Assembly (NCBI GenBank): GCA_965221905.1
Contig: OZ244922.1
Span: 512,001-576,000 of the forward strand
DNA: 64,000 nt
Direction of reading: 5' to 3'
DNA from: Chloroflexota bacterium
GTDB taxonomy: Bacteria > Chloroflexota > UBA11872 > VXOZ01
Made by a program: the position numbers and the translations under genes. Position 1 is the stretch's first letter. Each line of letters begins with the position of its first letter. The notes under the pieces are model-generated. The model worked only from the letters and a program-made list of their open reading frames with translations, was not told the origin of the DNA and ran no database searches. Shown piece by piece: positions 61,128 through 64,000 of the stretch.

Positions 61128-61218
61128 CCAAGGAGAGGGAGTATTCTCGCCTGCAGGTCCGGGTTATGCCTCGGACTGGAAGTCCGTGCCTGCCTTGCAC
61201 GTGATGCGACGGGTCTCC

Positions 61219-62745
61219 TTAGAGTTGCGAGCGCGGGGATGGGTCTCTGCGATTGGGCGGCGGCGTGCTGCGGCCGAGAATGACGTTGGCGGCGTATTGC
61301 CTGCCCGCGTAGGGGTCTTCCAGTTGCAGCATCCAGTCCCACAAGCGGTCCTGCAACCGCTCGCGCACGTCGGTGCAATGCGGATTCTCCGCAAGATTGT
61401 GCATCTCGTGGGGATCTTCCTGCAGGTCGTAGAGTTCGTCGTAGTCAAAACCGTTAAAGACGAATTTGTAGCGGCCGTCGCAGATCGTGCGATTCATGAA
61501 GTAGAAGATGTTGCCGTGGTCCTGCATGAAAAGCTCGCGGTGTTCAGGGCGGTCTTCGGCATCGGGTTGGCCCGTCAGCAGTGGCACGAGCGAGATGCCG
61601 TGAGCGCCCTGGAGCGGCTCGGCGCCGGCGAGATCGAGGAAGGTCGGCCCCAAGTCGAGGGTGCGCACGTAGTCATCGCACACCTGTCCGGCTTCAAATC
61701 CCTTCGGCCAGCGCATGATATAGGGCATGCGATGCGTCTCTTCGTACGGCCAAATGTCCTTGAACCACAGGCCGTGGGCGCCCATCATGTCGCCGTGGTC
61801 GGACGTATAGACCACCACCGTATTCTCGGCTTGGCCGGATTCGTCCAGGAAGTCCAATACCGATCCGACGTAGTTATCGATGAGGGCGCTATAGGCCCGG
61901 TAGTGCGCGATGGACTTGCGGGTATGCTCTTCATCGATCTCCCTGAACCACGTTTCCCGCGCCCGGCGCACGTAGGCGGGCTTGGGGGCTGACTGCGTCG
62001 AAGCCGTGGCATCGGTGTAAAAGCTTGGCGGCACCGGCACGTCGCGCCAATCGAATCGCTCCGCATACTCTCTGGGCACGATGTAGGGATTGTGCGGGCC
62101 GGTGAAGTTCATCCAGAGGCACCACGGTTGGTCGCTGGATTCGTCGGCAAGGGCGCGCAACTGCTGCAATCCCGCTTCCGCCTGCATTGCCGTGGTCGTG
62201 GCCTCCGGGGGCGCATCCTCCACGCCGTAATGGAGCCAGTAGACACCCGCCGCGTCGTGGAATCCCCACATACCCGGCCTTGGCCCGCTCCCGGCGCTCG
62301 GCTTTGGCACGCCGCCCTGCTGCTCGGTGCGGATGCGATGGTCTCGCAGATACGCGGCCTTGTCGAACTCCCGCTCTTCGCTATCGAAACCGTATTCCAC
62401 CGCGCCGCGTTCCCAACCCAAGTGGGCCTTGCCGGCATAACGCATGCGGTACCCCGCCGCGCTCATTAGCGGTCCCCAGGTCGGCACGCCGTCGCGAATT
62501 TCGCGACTGACGGCATACGGCACGTGGCAATTGTTGAGCACGTGGTGGGCGTGCGGGTAGACCGCCGTGGCGATTGAGGCCCGCGCCGGAGCGCACGGCG
62601 TGGTAACGGTGTACCCACGGCGAAACCAAATGCCCTCCCGCGCCAGCCGCTCTAGGTTCGGCGACCAGCCGCCCGCCGCCGGCCCCGCCGTGGCATATTG
62701 CTGCTGATCGGACATGATAAAGAGGATGTTCGGTTGCTTTGGCAT
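61219..62745 (-). CDS. Sulfatase (Cys-type)
   Basis: PNILFIMSDQ, CAPAR, GKAH, PHNPY, SDHGD, ELYDLQEDP. Confidence 0.92.
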   Translation of the reverse strand: MPKQPNILFIMSDQQQYATAGPAAGGWSPNLERLAREGIWFRRGYTVTTPCAPARASIATAVYPHAHHVLNNCHVPYAVSREIRDGVPTWGPLMSAAGYRMRYAGKAHLGWERGAVEYGFDSEEREFDKAAYLRDHRIRTEQQGGVPKPSAGSGPRPGMWGFHDAAGVYWLHYGVEDAPPEATTTAMQAEAGLQQLRALADESSDQPWCLWMNFTGPHNPYIVPREYAERFDWRDVPVPPSFYTDATASTQSAPKPAYVRRARETWFREIDEEHTRKSIAHYRAYSALIDNYVGSVLDFLDESGQAENTVVVYTSDHGDMMGAHGLWFKDIWPYEETHRMPYIMRWPKGFEAGQVCDDYVRTLDLGPTFLDLAGAEPLQGAHGISLVPLLTGQPDAEDRPEHRELFMQDHGNIFYFMNRTICDGRYKFVFNGFDYDELYDLQEDPHEMHNLAENPHCTDVRERLQDRLWDWMLQLEDPYAGRQYAANVILGRSTPPPNRRDPSPRSQL

Positions 62746-62867
62746 TTCGCTTACCTTCCCTTAGAACGTGTGCACCAAGGCTATGCGGCGCTAAGAAGCT
62801 ACTGTTGGAGGACTTTCAACTACCACGGCGCCGTATTTGGCGCCGGCTCAGCAACGTGCTTACCGGG

Positions 62868-63293
62868 TTATCGCCTTACCCGCGGCCAGGTGGTGAGCAG
62901 TCCCACGGTGATGCCTGCGGTTATGACGTGCATGACCATGAGGCTGATGACGGCGGGGAGGGTTGCGCCGGGGGCGTTTGACGTCAGCATCAAGATGTTC
63001 GGCACAAATGAGACAATGAGGAGGAAACCCGCCAACCAGCGGAAAAGCTTGATGGCGTGCTTGGTCAGGCGGGCCAGGATGGCAAAGACGACGGTCGCGC
63101 CGAAGACGCCGACCAAGGTGAAGATGATGATGGTGTTCCATTCCGCCAACGCGAGGAAGAGCGGCGAGATAGAGAATATGACCGCCATAACGGTGCGCAC
63201 GATGGCATTGGCGAGCAACGAGATCACGAGCGCGGCCCCGCCGGCCAGCCACACCCGTCTGATTGCGATCCGCTCCGCCCCTGGCGTGCTCAT
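62868..63293 (-). CDS. Four-TM membrane protein (DUF6069-like)
   Basis: GAGGAG RBS; SFVP and L.VMHV motifs. Confidence 0.65.
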   Translation of the reverse strand: MSTPGAERIAIRRVWLAGGAALVISLLANAIVRTVMAVIFSISPLFLALAEWNTIIIFTLVGVFGATVVFAILARLTKHAIKLFRWLAGFLLIVSFVPNILMLTSNAPGATLPAVISLMVMHVITAGITVGLLTTWPRVRR

Positions 63294-63658
63294 GTTGGGC
63301 TACTCCTCGTGAGGGCGGCAAGACTGAGGACAATTGTGAATGCAACCAATATGGAAACACGCATGCAGTTATTCCGCATATAGGTACAGGTTGGTTCTTG
63401 TACCTTCCGCCAAACCTGCCGGTCTTGCTTGGCCGGAGTGAATTCGCCTACATCCCAGCCCTGACCCTCTCCCTCGGGGAGAGGGAATAATCGGCTCTAC
63501 GGCAAGGAAATCCCGCTTTGCTCTCTTCCCAGAGAGAGGGAAGAATTGCCCTTAGAGCAACGGACTCTTGCTTTCGGCCTCGGCCATGCAAAGGCCGGTT
63601 TTCAGGGCATTGACGCGGGCTTTCTTAGCGAATGGATGTAGTGCGCGCGGTTCCTACT

Positions 63659-64000
63659 CTACGGGTTCACGTTCATGTCGTATTTGCCCGGTGAGATCAG
63701 GGATTCGGTCGTCATGGCCATGATGCCGCCGCTGACACCTTTGGTCAGCGCCGAGCGCACGACCTTGATCGGGTCCACAATGCCCTCCGTGATCATGTTG
63801 ACGAACTTGCCGTCTTGCGCATCGAAGCCCGTCGGATAGCGCTTGCGGTAGATGTCGGCAATGATGGCCTCGGGCTCGTAGCCGCCATTTAGGAGAATCT
63901 GGCGCAAGGGCGCCTCTGCCGCTTCGGCCATAATCCTAATGCCGTACGCTTCTTCTTCATCGGATGTCTTGATTTTTCGCAGCACTTTGGCGGCGTGGAT
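63659..64000 (-). CDS. groL: Chaperonin GroEL-family protein, C-terminal part
   Basis: APLRQI..N.G, GFDA..G.FVNM...GIVDP.KVVRSAL, TTE. Confidence 0.85.
   Translation of the reverse strand: MHAAKVLRKIKTSDEEEAYGIRIMAEAAEAPLRQILLNGGYEPEAIIADIYRKRYPTGFDAQDGKFVNMITEGIVDPIKVVRSALTKGVSGGIMAMTTESLISPGKYDMNVNP

Overview
64 kb of a GC-rich (~60%, estimated by eye) bacterial chromosome, most consistent with an uncultured heterotrophic Chloroflexota (inferred from gene content and repeat style). It carries many catabolic enzymes (three Cys-type sulfatases, amidohydrolases, Gfo/Idh/MocA and MDR dehydrogenases, a SelA-related PLP enzyme), an oppABCDF-type ABC transporter, parAB, a caa3-type cytochrome c oxidase operon (ctaCDEFG), two CAT-anticodon tRNAs and a defence-like islet (VapBC, a frameshifted single-chain restriction-modification enzyme, a Ser/Thr kinase). 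Intergenic DNA is crowded with several REP-like palindrome families. Most notable: (1) an uncalled membrane-anchored thioredoxin-fold selenoprotein candidate split by an in-frame TGA (UxxS), with a nearby paralogous remnant that keeps the TGA at the same position (UxxC); (2) a P-loop kinase-comA-larA cluster that may be an undescribed sulfolactate desulfonation route; (3) a ~145 bp MITE with 5-bp target duplications that inserts into, and nests within, other palindromes; (4) REP elements inserted in frame inside protein-coding genes.
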